The notes beneath the pieces are model-generated. The model did no database searches. It had not been told where the DNA came from and worked only from the letters and a program-made list of their open reading frames with translations. Source: Octopus sinensis (lineage: Eukaryota). From it: a stretch of 64,000 nucleotides of DNA. This document shows positions 26,800 to 40,234 of the stretch, piece by piece. The stretch spans positions 59,892,001 through 59,956,000 of the forward strand of contig NC_043010.1 in NCBI RefSeq assembly GCF_006345805.1, given 5' to 3'. Position 1 is the first letter of the stretch, and each line of letters starts with the position of its first letter. The position numbers and the translations under genes were made by a program.

Positions 26800-28180
26800 A
26801 TATTCTATAAATGAATTAATAAATTCTAATGATTTATTAACATTGGAAGAATTCTAGGTGTGATATAATTTAATGTCCTTGCCATAGCATTTACCGTGAA
26901 GCCATTACCATTAAGCTGGCAACAGGTACGGAACTGTCCATTATGGCTTCTCTCAGTTAAAGTATCGTTGTCCAAGTTGAAGCAATGAAATGGTAGCATT
27001 GGCACCAGCTGCTGGAATTATTGGAAAACAGCCATGTTGAATAACTTCAAAATGCTTGAGGGCACCAATGGATTTTCTCTCAAACTTTACCCATACTTTT
27101 GCTCTCTCAAAGTATTAAATCGGTGATGGAAGCTGGCATTTGACATCCACCTTTTACAGCAGTTTCTATTATATGAAATAATAATCTAAAAATAGTAAAC
27201 ACGATATAGCATCATTTTCTATGTTCTTACAGCTTCTATACTCTATCAATTGCTTATATAACCATCATTCCTGTCTGCTTTGGAGCTGTGTCCTAATATA
27301 TAGTATCATATTAATATCTTGGGCAATCATGTCATACCTCATGAACAAGATAAGCTTTGCTTAGAATATAGAAAGAATAATTACTCTCTTCAAAATCTGG
27401 GTTTTTATTTAATGAATTATTCAGTTAGCCTGAACTTGTGAAATATTTGCCTAGATGTTTTGATATGTACAGTGTTGTGACCGAATATAAGACGCAAAAT
27501 TCTGTTTATATCAGTCTGCCTTATTAAATAATGATGTTACCTAATTTATTATAAACTATAATAGTACATTATTGTATTCAATAGTTTAGGACCACTCTCT
27601 ATCTCAATTCCTATCTAACCCGTTGCCATTGCACTTTCAGGAAAGTAGTACCTTGTCTAAATAGCAGAGCATTAAATTCACCTCCATGAATCTTCTCAGC
27701 AATTGTTTATATACACTTCAGAGAAGAAATGCTGATCTTTCCACTTAGAAATACTAATTTTGTAAAATAAAAGTTGAACATTTAATTTTTGTTTGAGTTT
27801 CATATTTTCCCTTTCTTTAAAATACTCAACATATAATATGGGCTGTTGTATGAAGAACAACATGTTAAACTCAATAATGCATTTTTATTTAGCCATTTGT
27901 GTATCATAATTAATGCAGAGACACTAGGAAAGGCAAATTAAGTGTGGTAGTCATCGCTTATGAATGCTTTGTGTTTCAAGCCACAAAACTATGTCAGCAG
28001 CAAATGAAAACTGTCCAAGAGTGAAAGTGTTTAGGTATAGATTTCTGCTCGATTGGGCTTTGCTGGTAGCTTGAACCCACTACTAGCTGTGTGTTAAGTC
28101 AAAATATGTCTCTACTGAAATAGGAAAACAGCAATTGAAAGCAATCACTGGTGTTGTGATTGGTTGCCTGGCTGAATGAA
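26800..28180 (-). mobile_element. Possible decayed PIF1-like helicase (Helitron-type) relic
   Basis: Fragmentary motifs in PIF1 order: TPVIAFN...HS..FKLP, FISDD, HGGEFNALLF, QF...TVN..RTLNY. Many stops and frameshifts. Confidence 0.3.
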
Positions 28181-29012
28181 AATTCATTATATACCACAGG
28201 GGCAGTATTAGAATAAAATAACCATCACTGTTTCTGCATTAAGTATGATACACAGATACAATTTTTAATTCAATACTGCTCCTGTTGCATATAAGGATTT
28301 TTTATTTTTATTTATTTTATATCACAATTTACAAACAATAGCATTGTGGCAGGGGAGGACAGGTTCCCAGTTGGTTGACCCTTGGTTTAATTGCATTTCC
28401 AACGGTGAGAGAATTTCATTCACAAACACTAGTTTATTATCAGTGTTTACCACTTTCAGTAAGATATATAAGCATAAACCATCTGCACCATTTTATATCT
28501 GCTTTCCATGCTGTCATGGGTTGGATGGGTTGTTATGGTCCAAGTTGGTGCTTATTTAAAGTTGCTGCCCTTCTAAACAGGCCAGAGGACCACATCTTGC
28601 TTGTACTTTCTGTCTTTGACTGAATGCTCTTCCTAACATGACCCATTTCCCAGAGTATACTGGGCATATATGTTTTTGTGGCACCAGCACTAGAGAAAGT
28701 TTACCTGTCCTTGACAAGACTATGGTACCTTCTCAATCCAATGCTGTCTCCATTCATTTGCTAATCACTTTATAGAATGTATTTAATGCATTTTATCCTG
28801 GCACCAGCATCAGTGAAGTTGCCTTGTGCCTCACAGGACAACAGAGTCTTCACTACTTTATGATATCTATGTTAATTCCAGGAAAGGTGAACAAGAGATC
28901 GAATAAGAGAGACTGATACCAGGAGAACCAGAGTGGAAGAAGAGAGAGCATGATGGGAAAAACAGAATGAACAGATTGAGAGGAGAGAGTGATGGCAGCT
29001 ACGTGTTTGCTG

Positions 29013-29068
<56 letters not shown>

Positions 29069-29479
29069 CACACACACACAGATGGACAGTGGGCAATGGT
29101 ATGAATATGTCAATAATGAATAACCCAAGAGTAAAGGAATGATGGCAGGTTGTAGAGAAAGGTGATGGTAAGGTGCACTGGATAGGGGACAGATTTGGTG
29201 CAATTCCTTAATAATAAATGTGGTGCTGGTGAGGAACAGATCCAGTGCCATCCTTCATAACACAGACAGTGTGGTATATAGTGAATGGAAGGTGAGTGAC
29301 AGATGAAAGGGTCAAACAGGAGGTGGGGGAAGTAGATGGAGGTTTAGCAGTGACATAATAAGGGAGAGGTAGAACCCAAAGTGAAATCTATATTATTACA
29401 CATCCAACACTGCATCACCCCCTCCATTTTCATGTCGGTTTCACCAGGCTTGCATAAATGAAGGGTTTTCTCCACACCA

Positions 29480-29830
29480 TATGTTCCCAATTATTTCCTT
29501 TATGGAACTCAATATTTTGAGATCAACCTGCATCGCATCATCTCATCTTCCAGGGTTTTATTCTTCCATAGGTTTTTAGTTACTTTGAGCACTCAGCTTG
29601 ATAAAGCTTTCCGATTCCCCTTATATTCAGGTCCTTTCTCAGTCCATTTATTCATGCACATTAACATTACTCATTCAGTAAAGCCTACCCACTTCATTTC
29701 TTTTTAGCCTTCATAAATTCTTTACATTCAATGCCCCTGTCTTGTTACTATACAGCATCAAGCAATCTGCCCTTCATTCTAAAAAGGGAAACCCTTTGCT
29801 GTTAGTAAAGGAACTAGCTTCCTTGGCTAC
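29480..29830 (-). mobile_element. RTE-type LINE C-terminal relic
   Basis: LVPLLTAKGF...RLKRNE...MSNVNVH fragments. Confidence 0.45.
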
Positions 29831-30079
29831 TATACTTTCAAAACAATCACCACCATTTCTATTTAGGTCATCCAGATAACATAAGCTATCAACAAGCATT
29901 TGAAAGAATTTATTTAACATGTTCTTTTGTTACTAACTACATCTACCACATATGAAGCAATGTCTCACTTTGTACACAAATATTATCCAATCTACCCTTC
30001 ACTCTGTGAAATATTACCAGAGAGACTGTCCACCCGAATGCTACAATTAAATTTATCATATGTATCAGCTTTATAATGA

Positions 30080-30412
30080 AATAATAATAATAATGAAATT
30101 AATTGTATACAGTGCTCAGGTGCACCACAACTTGTCAGAAAGTGCATATAAAGTACATTGCAGTAATGTAGAAATGCCTGGAAAGCGAACAATGTATGAG
30201 TCAGATACATGCTTGTGTGTGTATGGAGGGGAGAAAATCAAGTGTAGTGTTGGCGAATCTCAGGAAGCATAGAAGTTTTGAAGGATGCAGTGCTCCGACA
30301 ACTAACAACTGATGCCGGCAGTTTGTTCCATGCTTCAGCAACCCTCAGCGTGAAAAAATGTTTCCTGAAGTCATGGGAGCTGTGCTGTTTTCCGACTTTG
30401 TAAATATGTCCA
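30080..30412 (-). mobile_element. CR1/L2-type LINE 3' end, same family as 655-1100
   Basis: High DNA similarity to 655-990. A second 60-bp tail fragment lies at 30609-30668. Confidence 0.8.
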
Positions 30413-31844
30413 ATTTCAGAGGACCCTCACTTTTAAATAGTTTGCTTTCATTATATTTCTAGGTACTATCATCTTCTATTATGTAGTATAGAGTTAAGAA
30501 ATGATGATAATAGTGAGAAAAATAAGTGATGTTATGTAGAATTGAAAGCTGTGACCTTTGCTGAAGGATAAAGTTGAAGAGGAAGAAAATTCACTTATGA
30601 GAACTAGTATAATAATAATAATAATGAAATTATTGTATACAGTGCTCAGGTGCACCACAACTTGTCAGTATCTTTAACTGATAAAAGAATAACAAACATA
30701 GCTTATGCCAAGCCTGACTTGCAAAAAAATTGGTTCTTTTATGGACTTGAACAGGTGATGATTGTAGAGTGAATTAGTAAATATCATATTGGTGTAAGTT
30801 GTATCATGTCAATGGAAGAGGTATAAAAAGGGGGAAAAAAAAGATCTCATATTTTCAACTTTTTCCCATTAGTTTAACACAATTTTAGTGATACAAGGAT
30901 TGGAACAGAGAGCAATGTTGTAATCCAAATTATGTAGGATACAAACTGATGATGGAGAAGCATTACAATCTTTTACTTGATGTAAAAGAGATTCTGCCCT
31001 TGCATAATTGTCAGATTTCTTAATAAATCAGTAGAAGAATGTTTTAAAGAATAGTAAAAAAACAGAGCAGCTGCAGTAGCAGGAGGCAACCATTTGAATC
31101 TGATTTACTGAGTGTTGCATATGAAGCCAGTTGGCAGAGTGTGTGTGCAAGTTTAGAAACTTCCTGAACGTTACAGATATTAGTAACAATTGATTTGGTA
31201 TCAATAGATATTGTTAATGGATAATATTGGGTGCAGAGCAACAACGGCCTTAAGTGACATTCCAGTGAAGTAACTTGCCTAACATTTAAATTGTTTTCTC
31301 AGTAGTAATGTCTTGAGGAATTCTTTACTGCCCAGTGACAATGTGGAAAGAAACCATTTAGGTAGAGTTTATCTTTTACCCATTCAATCTTCAACTGTCA
31401 ACAATTTACTTCAAACAATTCACACAACATTTCTATATTTTTCCTTCAAGCACAAGTATTATATTTATTCTTAACCGGAACTGAACCTCAACAAGCCAGA
31501 ACAGAACTTATAAAAAGCAATCTCCAACAAGTTATACAGCAGAGAAAGATCCTCAACATGGTCATATGAATGCAAGAAACATCAGCCAAATCTCCTTCAA
31601 AGTCACACTCTATTGCCTTACAGAAAAAAGGTTACTTTGGAAATTGTAGTCCTACATAACCTGTAAAAGACTGGAATACCTTTAATCTACTTAATTAAGT
31701 TTGACAGGAGATAAATAATTACAATTGTCACAAGTTAATCACTAACATTGTCCCCTATTATGAGCATTATTACAGTCATGAGTTAATGCCTTAATCACCA
31801 TCATTACTATCTCCATCAACATTATCACATTGACATGTTAATAA

Positions 31845-32075
31845 TCCTTTCTGCTATAGGCACAAGGCCTGAATTTTTTTTCTCTTTTTGTTTTGGTGGG
31901 TGGTGGGGCAGTCGATTAGACCGACCCCAGTATGCAACTGGTACTTAATTTATCAACCCTGAAAGGATGAAAGGCAAAGTTGACCTCGGTGGAATTTGAA
32001 CTCAGAACGTAAAGCCAGACAAAATACTGCTAAGCATTTCGCCCAGTGTGCTAACGATTCTGCCAGCTCACCACC
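31845..32075 (-). mobile_element. tRNA-derived SINE, family 3 (others ~21340-21545, 22075-22290, 22325-22490 on +, 35110-35335)
   Basis: Shared core GGATGAAAGGCAAAGT..GGAATTTGAACTCAGAAC (B box GAGTTCAAATTCC on minus). Confidence 0.78.
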
Positions 32076-32895
32076 TTATTGATATGCTAATAATGTCTTA
32101 AATACCATCATCATCATCATCACCACCAATATTATTCGAATCCCTAATTAATGATGTCTTAATCACTGTCATTGCTCCCACCATCAACATTATTGTTGTC
32201 AAACAATTTCTACCAATTTTTCTCCTTTCCTTCCTTTGTCAACAGATAATGATAATTACCATCCTCATCATCATCATTTGCATCTAGACAGGTGGGGAAT
32301 TGACAGAGTCATCAGGGTGTCACACAAAATGTCTCATAGTATTTGTTTCCAGTTCTCTGCAATCTAAGTTCAAATCTAGCTGATGTCAGTCTTGACTTCC
32401 CTTGTTTCAGCTTGGGGACTTGATAAGAATTGTCAGAGTCCCAGACTAAGATACTTTGTTGAATTGGTTCGGGTCTGTTTGCATTCTGCTGCCCAGTTAA
32501 ACACCACCACCTGGTCCTTAGGGGCCTTTAATGCACTTCACTCTGTTGCACACATTCAGGTCAGGTCTGCGGTTGGAAGTTGATTCCCCGCCCCTCCGTC
32601 TCTCTCCAGTCTCCTGGGCTCTGAAAAAATAGGTTCATGAGTGCTGCCCTTCACTTTCTGACTAAATGCTAGAAATATCACTCCACCCCGTTCCCTGCAT
32701 AACCTTTTCCTGAGATGGGATTTTGCAGTATACCCTCTCTTTCTTTTTTCTTATGCTCAGAATTACTCATTAAAGCTAATTAATCATTTCGCCTCTCTGT
32801 TGGGTTTAATTTTAATTAAGCATCTCATTTGGATCCTTTTATTAAATATATCAGCCAACCTTTAACTATATTATTTACAGCTATCATTGCACGAC

Positions 32896-32926
<31 letters not shown>

Positions 32927-34028
32927 GTCAACACCAGCATCATCATCATCGTCAACATCGTGCTCTGAATGCTTCGTTTCTTCAACTGCTCCAATAAAAT
33001 ACGTCTAATCAAGAGTTGTCTACCCTTTATCAGTTTTTGTGCAAATTTTCTCTTCAACTCTGAAACGACATTTTGTTTCTCCTCTTGAAGAGACAAACAC
33101 ACCAGATGTGATCAAATGTTTTAAGATTAACCCCCTCAGTATGTTACTGGTACCTAGAACCTTAGCACCAGAACTATGACAAATGATGTTAACTCTATGG
33201 AATTGGTTTAAATCTGTCTCTACCTCCTTTGCTACATTACTGTTGATTTTAATTCTTGGATTCCTTGGATTGTGGTCATGCTGGAGCACCATCTACATGG
33301 GTTTTAGTTAATTATATTGACCCCTACCAGGATTTATTTCAATCTGGCATTATTTCTCAATTCACTGAGTTATTTTCTGATATGAAGGGACTCAATACTC
33401 TTTGTACTTGCAATCACACTGTCTGTCTGTCTGTCTCTACACACACACAATAGATTTCCACACAGTTTCCATTTAAGAAATTTAATTCCAAAGGCATTGT
33501 CAGCCTGAGTCTACAGTAGAAGAAACTTGCTCAAGGTGTTGTGCAGTGAGATTGGACACAGAAACACCATATGATTGCAAATCTTCTTAACCATCAATGT
33601 TATGCCTGCACTTAATGGGAAACATTTACACTTTGTCACAGATTTTTAAGTAATATCCATTAACCAGTCCTCTCTTACTAATCTACTTAATTGTATCTAT
33701 TTACCCACTTTTTGCCTCTCACTGATAAACCTTAACGATTAACCTACAGCAATTCCTCCATTACCCTTGTTTCTATCCATTTTCTCCATAATAGCAGGGG
33801 TTCAGTAATTCTACATTTAGGAATTCCTGCATGGTTTACAGAAGCAAAAACTATTCTATTATTAAGAAAGATTGGTTATATTTTATCCATATAAACCTCA
33901 CACAAGTGACACATGGAAAGTCTGAAATTGAGTGAGGACTCATCAATATCCAAACTTCATCCGTAATGTTGATTACCTGAAGATTACATGAGTATATTTG
34001 AGCATTTTCAGTGCTGTAATATTGTGAA

Positions 34029-34330
34029 GGCGCATGGCTCAGTGGTTAGAGCATCGAGCTTACGATCGTGAGGTTGTCAGTTCGATTCCCGGACCGGGCT
34101 GCATGTTGTGTTCTTGAGAAAGACACTTTATTTCACATTGCTCCAGTTCACTCAGTTTTAGAAATGAGTTGCGACGTCACTGGTGCCAAGCCTCTGCCTT
34201 TCCCTTGGATAACATCAGTGGTGTGGACAGGAGAGGCTGGTATGCATGGGACTTGCCCAGACTTGTGCCTCAGAGGGTAACTTTCTAGGTGCAATCCCAT
34301 GGTCTCATTCATGACCGAAGGGGGTCTCCT
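34029..34330 (+). mobile_element. tRNA-derived SINE, family 4
   Basis: A box TGGCTCAGTGGT and B box GTTCGATTCC, followed by a non-tRNA body. The anticodon stem does not pair. Confidence 0.7.
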
Positions 34331-34689
34331 CCAATATTACACTGACATACAGTCAATTCATACTTATAGCATCTCACTATAAAACACTCCCTCAATAAAA
34401 GTCCCACCCAACCCATGCCAGGAAGAAGAAAACGATTATGATTATTCTCTAAAGTGATATTATATAAACATATGTTCAGTTTACTAATATTTTGCTCTTA
34501 TATAAAGCACTCAGTCTGCACAGTAAAGTGGTTGGTGTTAGGAAGGGCATCCAGCCATAAAAACCCTGCCAAAACAGACATTGTAGCTTGGTGCAGTATT
34601 CTGCCTATCCAGCCCCTGTCAACCTGTCCAACCCATGCCAGCATGGGAAAATGACATTAAATTATGATGATGATGATTTTATATACATT

Positions 34690-34975
34690 TGACATTAATC
34701 ATCAGAGTCACTCTATACTTTTGTAGAGTACAGATTTATTGTTCTTAAACCTGAATATTACTGACAGTGACTTTGAAGTTTTGGCCACCTCAGCCATCAT
34801 TGGTCTGCAACATATTAGAGTTACTCTTGACTTTCTATAGTGTCTGTTGAACGAAAGATCTTTATTGGGTTTGAGTGGAGTGGTAATTAGGTGGTTAGGG
34901 TTAGGGTTGGGATAGAGGGGTGTTTTGAAGAAATTTTTATTCATTAAATTCAGGGTTATGATGTTAGAATTCATT
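34690..34975 (-). mobile_element. Decayed Penelope-like 3' end with very degenerate hammerhead-like motif
   Basis: Minus strand CCAATGA-tggctgaggtggcc-AAAA-CTTCAAAGT-C resembles CUGAUGA/GAAA/palindrome/GUC. AACCCT units upstream. Confidence 0.3.
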
Positions 34976-35332
34976 CATGCATGTAGAACTTGGTAACCAG
35001 GTGTGTATATTTAGGTGAGCTCTCTTTATATCATGAAATTGTTTCTTTAGTAGTCCACATGTAGGGAGGCAAAGGATGTGCCCCTACCTACATACAATCA
35101 TAATAATAATAATAATAATAATTTCAAATTTTGGCACAGGGCCAGCAGTCTTTGAGGGGAGAGGGAAGTCAATTATATGAACCCCAGTACTTGACTGGTA
35201 CCTGTTTTATCGACTCCGAAAGGATGAAAGGTAAAGTCAATTTCAGCGGAATTTGAACTCAGAACATTAAAACAGATGAAATGCTGCCAAGCATTTTGCC
35301 CAGCATGCTAAGAAATTCTGCCAGTTCACTGC

Positions 35333-35434
<102 letters not shown>

Positions 35435-36699
35435 AGAAGTGAGCAAAGACTGCAATTCTTTTAGCTCAGGGTCACCAATTTTTAGTCCACACCAAGGTCA
35501 TCAGTTTTTTTTACTTTGTGTCGGGGGTCATCAGTTTTTAGTGAATAGGCACCAAAATAACACCTGACTTTTATAACAGCAGTAGTATGGTACCTTGTAA
35601 CGCAATGATAGACAATGTTCAGAAGGTTTAATGGAACATAGTAATTTATTATAAGAGGAAATGAGGATAGCATTAAATCAAGGTCTGCTTGACAGCATAC
35701 AGGGTACAGCATTTAGAGGTATGGTATGACAGTGTCCTATGTGAACAAAAGAACATTTTGAGCTACATGTTATAGGGTCACAAATCTAGAAGAAGGTGTA
35801 TGCAGCATAAATAACATGTAGCACTTACTGTCAGTGTATATTGTAAACTGTGAACAGGATAAATGCTCAAACGGTTCGTAAATAGTTATTTAGTTCTAGA
35901 GAGTTTCTTCCTTCGGTATCGTCCACATAGTGGAGTTGAGCTCTGACAGCGACATGACAAATTATGTCCGACTTTCTCAGAGGCTTGGCTGGGACTGATT
36001 AAAATTTCCCCGTGACTTTGTAATAGGGGGTAGTGTGTATCTATGTGTGAGGTAGAGCAGTTGGCTGAACTAACCAAACCATGCGTGGCTGGATAACAGT
36101 TCTGCTAAAGGGTAACAGTGCTCCCACAGTATCAGAAGCCCTCCATGTCAAACTTAGGAGTCTCATATTTTGGTAACTGTAGTGGACCTCATAGAATAAA
36201 AGTAAATCCTTAGCGAGAATTGGTCATCCTTTCATATATTCATACCCTTAATGCTGTTGAGAAAGGCATGAATGAGACAAATTCACACTCTTTCCTATAA
36301 ATCTGGACTTTATTCTTATGTCAGCCAAATCTTCCACATATCACCGAAAGGAAGGACACTTTGAGTAATACTTTGCCTGGAAGAAAGGACGTGATGGTCA
36401 TGGCTGGAATGATTTTAATTATAAGTTTACTCAATCAGGGCTAGTCTATAGCTAAATTATGCCAACAATAATAAAAATTTACATAACTGCCCCTTAATTT
36501 GTTATTCATTGATTAGAATCTGTGAGGAAGCAAGCAAGGGAGATAACCAGTGTCTTCCTGGCATTTCCATCCTGAGAGTTGAGTTGGCCGGGAAAAACGT
36601 CTTCGCTTCTCATCAATTATCTTCAAACATCAGAGTGTTGCCTGTTGGCTAAAATGTTCATTCTTTTGCAGTAGCATTGATAGATTGCATCCAGCAGAG

Positions 36700-36723
36700 A
36701 GAAATAGAGAGGGTGAGAAAGAG

Positions 36724-36757
<34 letters not shown>

Positions 36758-37140
36758 TGAGAAACAGGAGAGAGAGAGAGAGAGAAGGAGAGAAAGAGAG
36801 CGAGAGAAATAGAGAGGGTGAGAGAGAGAAGGAGAGAGAGAGAAGGAGAGAGGGTGAGAAACAGGAGAGAGAAGAGAGAGAGAAAGAGAGCGAGAGAGAG
36901 AAGGAGAGAGAGAAAGAGAGGGTGAGAAACAGAAGGAGAGAGAGAGAGAGCAAAAGAGAAAGTGGAGAGAAAGAGAGAGAGAGAGTGTGTATGTGTGTGT
37001 GTGTGCACCTGCTTGCACACATGTGTCTGTGCTTGTGTGTTTGCACATGTATGTGTGTGTACAAGTTTATGTGTGCACACATGTATGTGAGTGTGTGTAA
37101 ATGTGTGTGTGCAAACATACATGTGTGTGTGTGTGTGTGA
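36700..37140. repeat. Compound (GA)-rich purine tract followed by (GT)-rich tract
   Basis: Direct reading. Confidence 0.95.
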
Positions 37141-38046
37141 TTAAACTAAAGAGCCACAGTATATGTCATTGTAAAAATATTGTGAATTTCATAATGGAAC
37201 TTATTTATATTAATATAAAAATATTCTTTCGGTAATAGGAATTTTAATAAATCCATTTTTTCTCCCCAGTTATAACTTACATATATAAATGTCAAGTAGA
37301 GCAATAGATACTTTTTTTTCCCCATTTAATCTACTTTTGGTTCATCTTTGTTATATTTTAATTTATGGGAATAAGATTTCAATTTTTCTCTTCAATACAT
37401 TTTTAATAAACCTATTCTGCTATATTTCATGCACATCATTTAAAACTTTTTTAAAAGACACTTTCTGGCTGCATTTTTAGATTTTATAATACTCTAAGCT
37501 CTGGTTATGATCATCATCATCATCATCATTGCCACCACCACCACCACCACCACCAGCAGCATCACTACTTTCATAATCACAACAAAAGTGGCATTCTTAA
37601 CAATATGTTTCTAGCTGTAAATATACAAATAATAGTTCAAATTTTTTATATTTGAATGGTCAGGAATCAGACAGGGCATCAGAATCTCTCACTTTAGGAT
37701 GCTTTCAGTGTTGTGTGAGTTCACTTCTCTCAGTCAGCATCCTGACGACTGTGTCTACTATGGATGAGTGCACTCCTCATTCCAACAGATATGTATACGA
37801 AGCAAGTGTGGTTGTTGAAAACACGAATCAGTGGGAGGGGGCGTGTTCCAGTTCAGTTGGAACAATGATTGGCAGGTGCATTCACCTGTACATTATCTAT
37901 ATCAATACACACACATTAAATATATACAGATATATTATATGTACTAGCAGAAACACCATCCTCCAGGTAGTTTTCTGCTAGTATATATCTTTGTATAAAA
38001 CTATTGCATAACTACCTGTGTATATGTGTGTGTGTGTGTATGTATG

Positions 38047-38109
<63 letters not shown>

Positions 38110-38508
38110 TCATCATCATCGTTTAATGTCCGTTTTCCATGCTAGAATGGGTTGGACGGTTCGACCGAGGTCTAGGAAACCAGAAGGCTGCACCAGGCTC
38201 CAGTCTGATCTGGCAGTGTTTCTACAGCTGTGTTTCCTAACGCCAACCACTCCGTGAGTGTAGTGGGTGCTTTTTATGTGCCAGGGAAGGCTGGCAACGG
38301 CCATGATCGGTTGGTGCTTTTTACGTGCCACCAGCACAGGTATCACAACTACAATTTCCATTTGATTTTTTAATGTTGATGTTCATGTACTTGACTCAAT
38401 AGGTCTCTTCAAGCACAGCAGGTCACCCTACGATCCAAGGTAAACACAGCAGGCCATCCTGCGATCCAAGGCACATATATATATATATATATATATACAG
38501 TGATTAAA

Positions 38509-38976
38509 ATCAAAATAAGCAACAAGGATATCCAGAGGTAATGCTGTACGATCGTTTCATGCAACTCCATTTAATTGAACAATGCAATCATTTCATTAGA
38601 TCAATTTAAAATGTAGAGCAATCCTCAGCTGCACAAAGACATAGAATTTAATTAAATTAAAACAGATGGACACATTAATATAATTTTACCTAAAATCTCC
38701 AATAAGTTAAGGAGATAGACAAAGAACATGTTGTACCAACAACATAATATAGTTAACAATATGTTTCTAACTGTAAATATACAAATAATAGTTCAAATTT
38801 TATATATTTGAATAGTCAGGAATCAGACAGGGCATCAGAATCTCTCACTTTAGGATGCTTTCAGTGTTGTGTGAGTTCATTTGATCGAATGAAATGATTG
38901 CATTGTTCAGTGAAATGGAGTTGCATGAAATGATCATACTGCATTACCTCTGGATATCCTTGTTGCTTATTTTGAT
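38509..38976. mobile_element. Old Penelope-like relic with 96-bp inverted arms (38509-38604 / 38881-38976)
   Basis: Arms differ at ~6 of 96 positions and carry GAAACGATCGTA (minus) and GAAATGATCATA (plus). The internal segment 38757-38880 is duplicated at 37600-37723. (TA)n flanks. Confidence 0.6.
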
Positions 38977-38984
38977 ATATATAT

Positions 38985-39290
38985 GGAGGCGCAATGGCCC
39001 AGTAGTTAGGGCAGTGGACTTACAGTCGTAGGATCGCGGTTTCGATTCCCAGATCGGGCGTTATGAGTGTTTATTGAGCGAAAAAACGCCTAAAGCTCCA
39101 CGAGGCTCCGGCAGGGGATGGTGGCGATCCCTGCTGTACTCTTTCGCCACAACTTTCTCTAACTCTTTCATCTGTTGGCCTGCTCGCTTAGCCAGCGGGG
39201 TGGCGTCATTTGAAGGCTAAAACAATGCAAAGCGCATTGTGACCAGCGATGTGTAGCAACATCTGATAGCCTGGTCGGTCATGTGATCAC

Positions 39291-39294
<4 letters not shown>
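38985..39294 (+). mobile_element. tRNA-derived SINE, family 2 (others 4953-5213, 43330-43444)
   Basis: GGAGGCGCAATGGCCCAGTAGTTAG...GGTTTCGATTCCC head, shared body, (TA)n tail. Confidence 0.8.
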
Positions 39295-39353
<59 letters not shown>

Positions 39354-39399
39354 TTAGGTATGTTTCTGTCAAAACCTGGCTTAGGCCATATCCAACTGA

Positions 39400-39990
39400 A
39401 TAGCACCACCTGATAGAATCTGATGAGCCCTTTAAAGTTAAGCTTTGTGGTAACATGCTCCATTCAAGAAGGGACTTGTTGACCAAGAGGTATCCAGGAA
39501 TAGCTGACTTGTGTGGTATCACTTGATGAAATTTGAAGGTGGTGTTAAGTTTTTTCTCCTTTCATTTATTTTGGGGTAATATCAAATAGAGTAGGGCCCG
39601 TTTATGAAAAGTAATTCTGTTGCAGTGTATTTATGTGTTGTGAGCCTGAATTGTGTAGGGAGCATTTGACTTGGGGTCCCAGCCTTTCAGGAATTCTGAA
39701 TTTGTGCAAATGATGTAGTGCTCACAGAATAAGTTTCAGTGTTTTAAGGTGGTCCCAATAACCAATATCACTCAGGCTGTTCCTTTGTCGAGTAATTGCT
39801 TCCTGGGGTGACTCAATTCTCATAATGTTTTGTGTGGTACGTGGAGGCACAGGAGGCAGCTATATTCTAGGCATGCCTTTTTCATGTATTTACATGCTTG
39901 TTCACTTTCCTTTGCATTTGCCTAGTTTTGCATATCACTTGTTTCTTTGTACTTTTTCTTGACTTTATCTAACCAAGTACATATTTGGTG
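39400..39990 (-). mobile_element. Decayed LINE RT C-terminal relic (CR1/L2 group)
   Basis: Minus-strand pieces GYWDHLKTLKL, FINGP and IPHKSAIPGY...SLLEW resemble the YWERLK.L.LYSL...GP.LFN...PGY block. Confidence 0.5.
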
Positions 39991-40234
39991 TGGATATTCT
40001 GCATATTATTTGTAAAATTGTCTCAACGTTTCTATACACATGCTTGCATGCCGTTACCCAATTACACACATGTACCACGTACAATGCTTTCAGTTGCTAT
40101 CACATGCTCTCTGCTCCCTTTGTAAGACATAACTTGTCTCTATTAGACCCCTGATTGGTCATCGTATAAATAAAGTTGCCTGTCTCTTGCAACACACCAG
40201 CGTGTCACTCTGCCATTCTTGTCACTCATGCGCA

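Noticed and set aside
34029-34100. tRNA gene (also heads at 38985, 4953, 13688)
   Set aside because: A and B boxes are present but the acceptor and anticodon stems do not pair, and each continues into a repeated SINE body.
34895-34906. Interstitial telomere
   Set aside because: Only two TTAGGG units.
35495-35545. Two minus-strand CTGATGA motifs
   Set aside because: Part of a short direct repeat (GGTCATCAGTTTTT) with no GAAA partner; perhaps transposon subterminal repeats, but no second end was found.
36623-37140. ER-rich and SL-rich ORFs
   Set aside because: Translations of (GA)n/(GT)n tracts; likewise 25105-25413, 28853-29251 and the many (TA)n IY-repeat ORFs.
39415-39470. CTGATGAG as hammerhead core
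   Set aside because: No GAAA, stem III or stem I partner; it lies at the end of a LINE relic.
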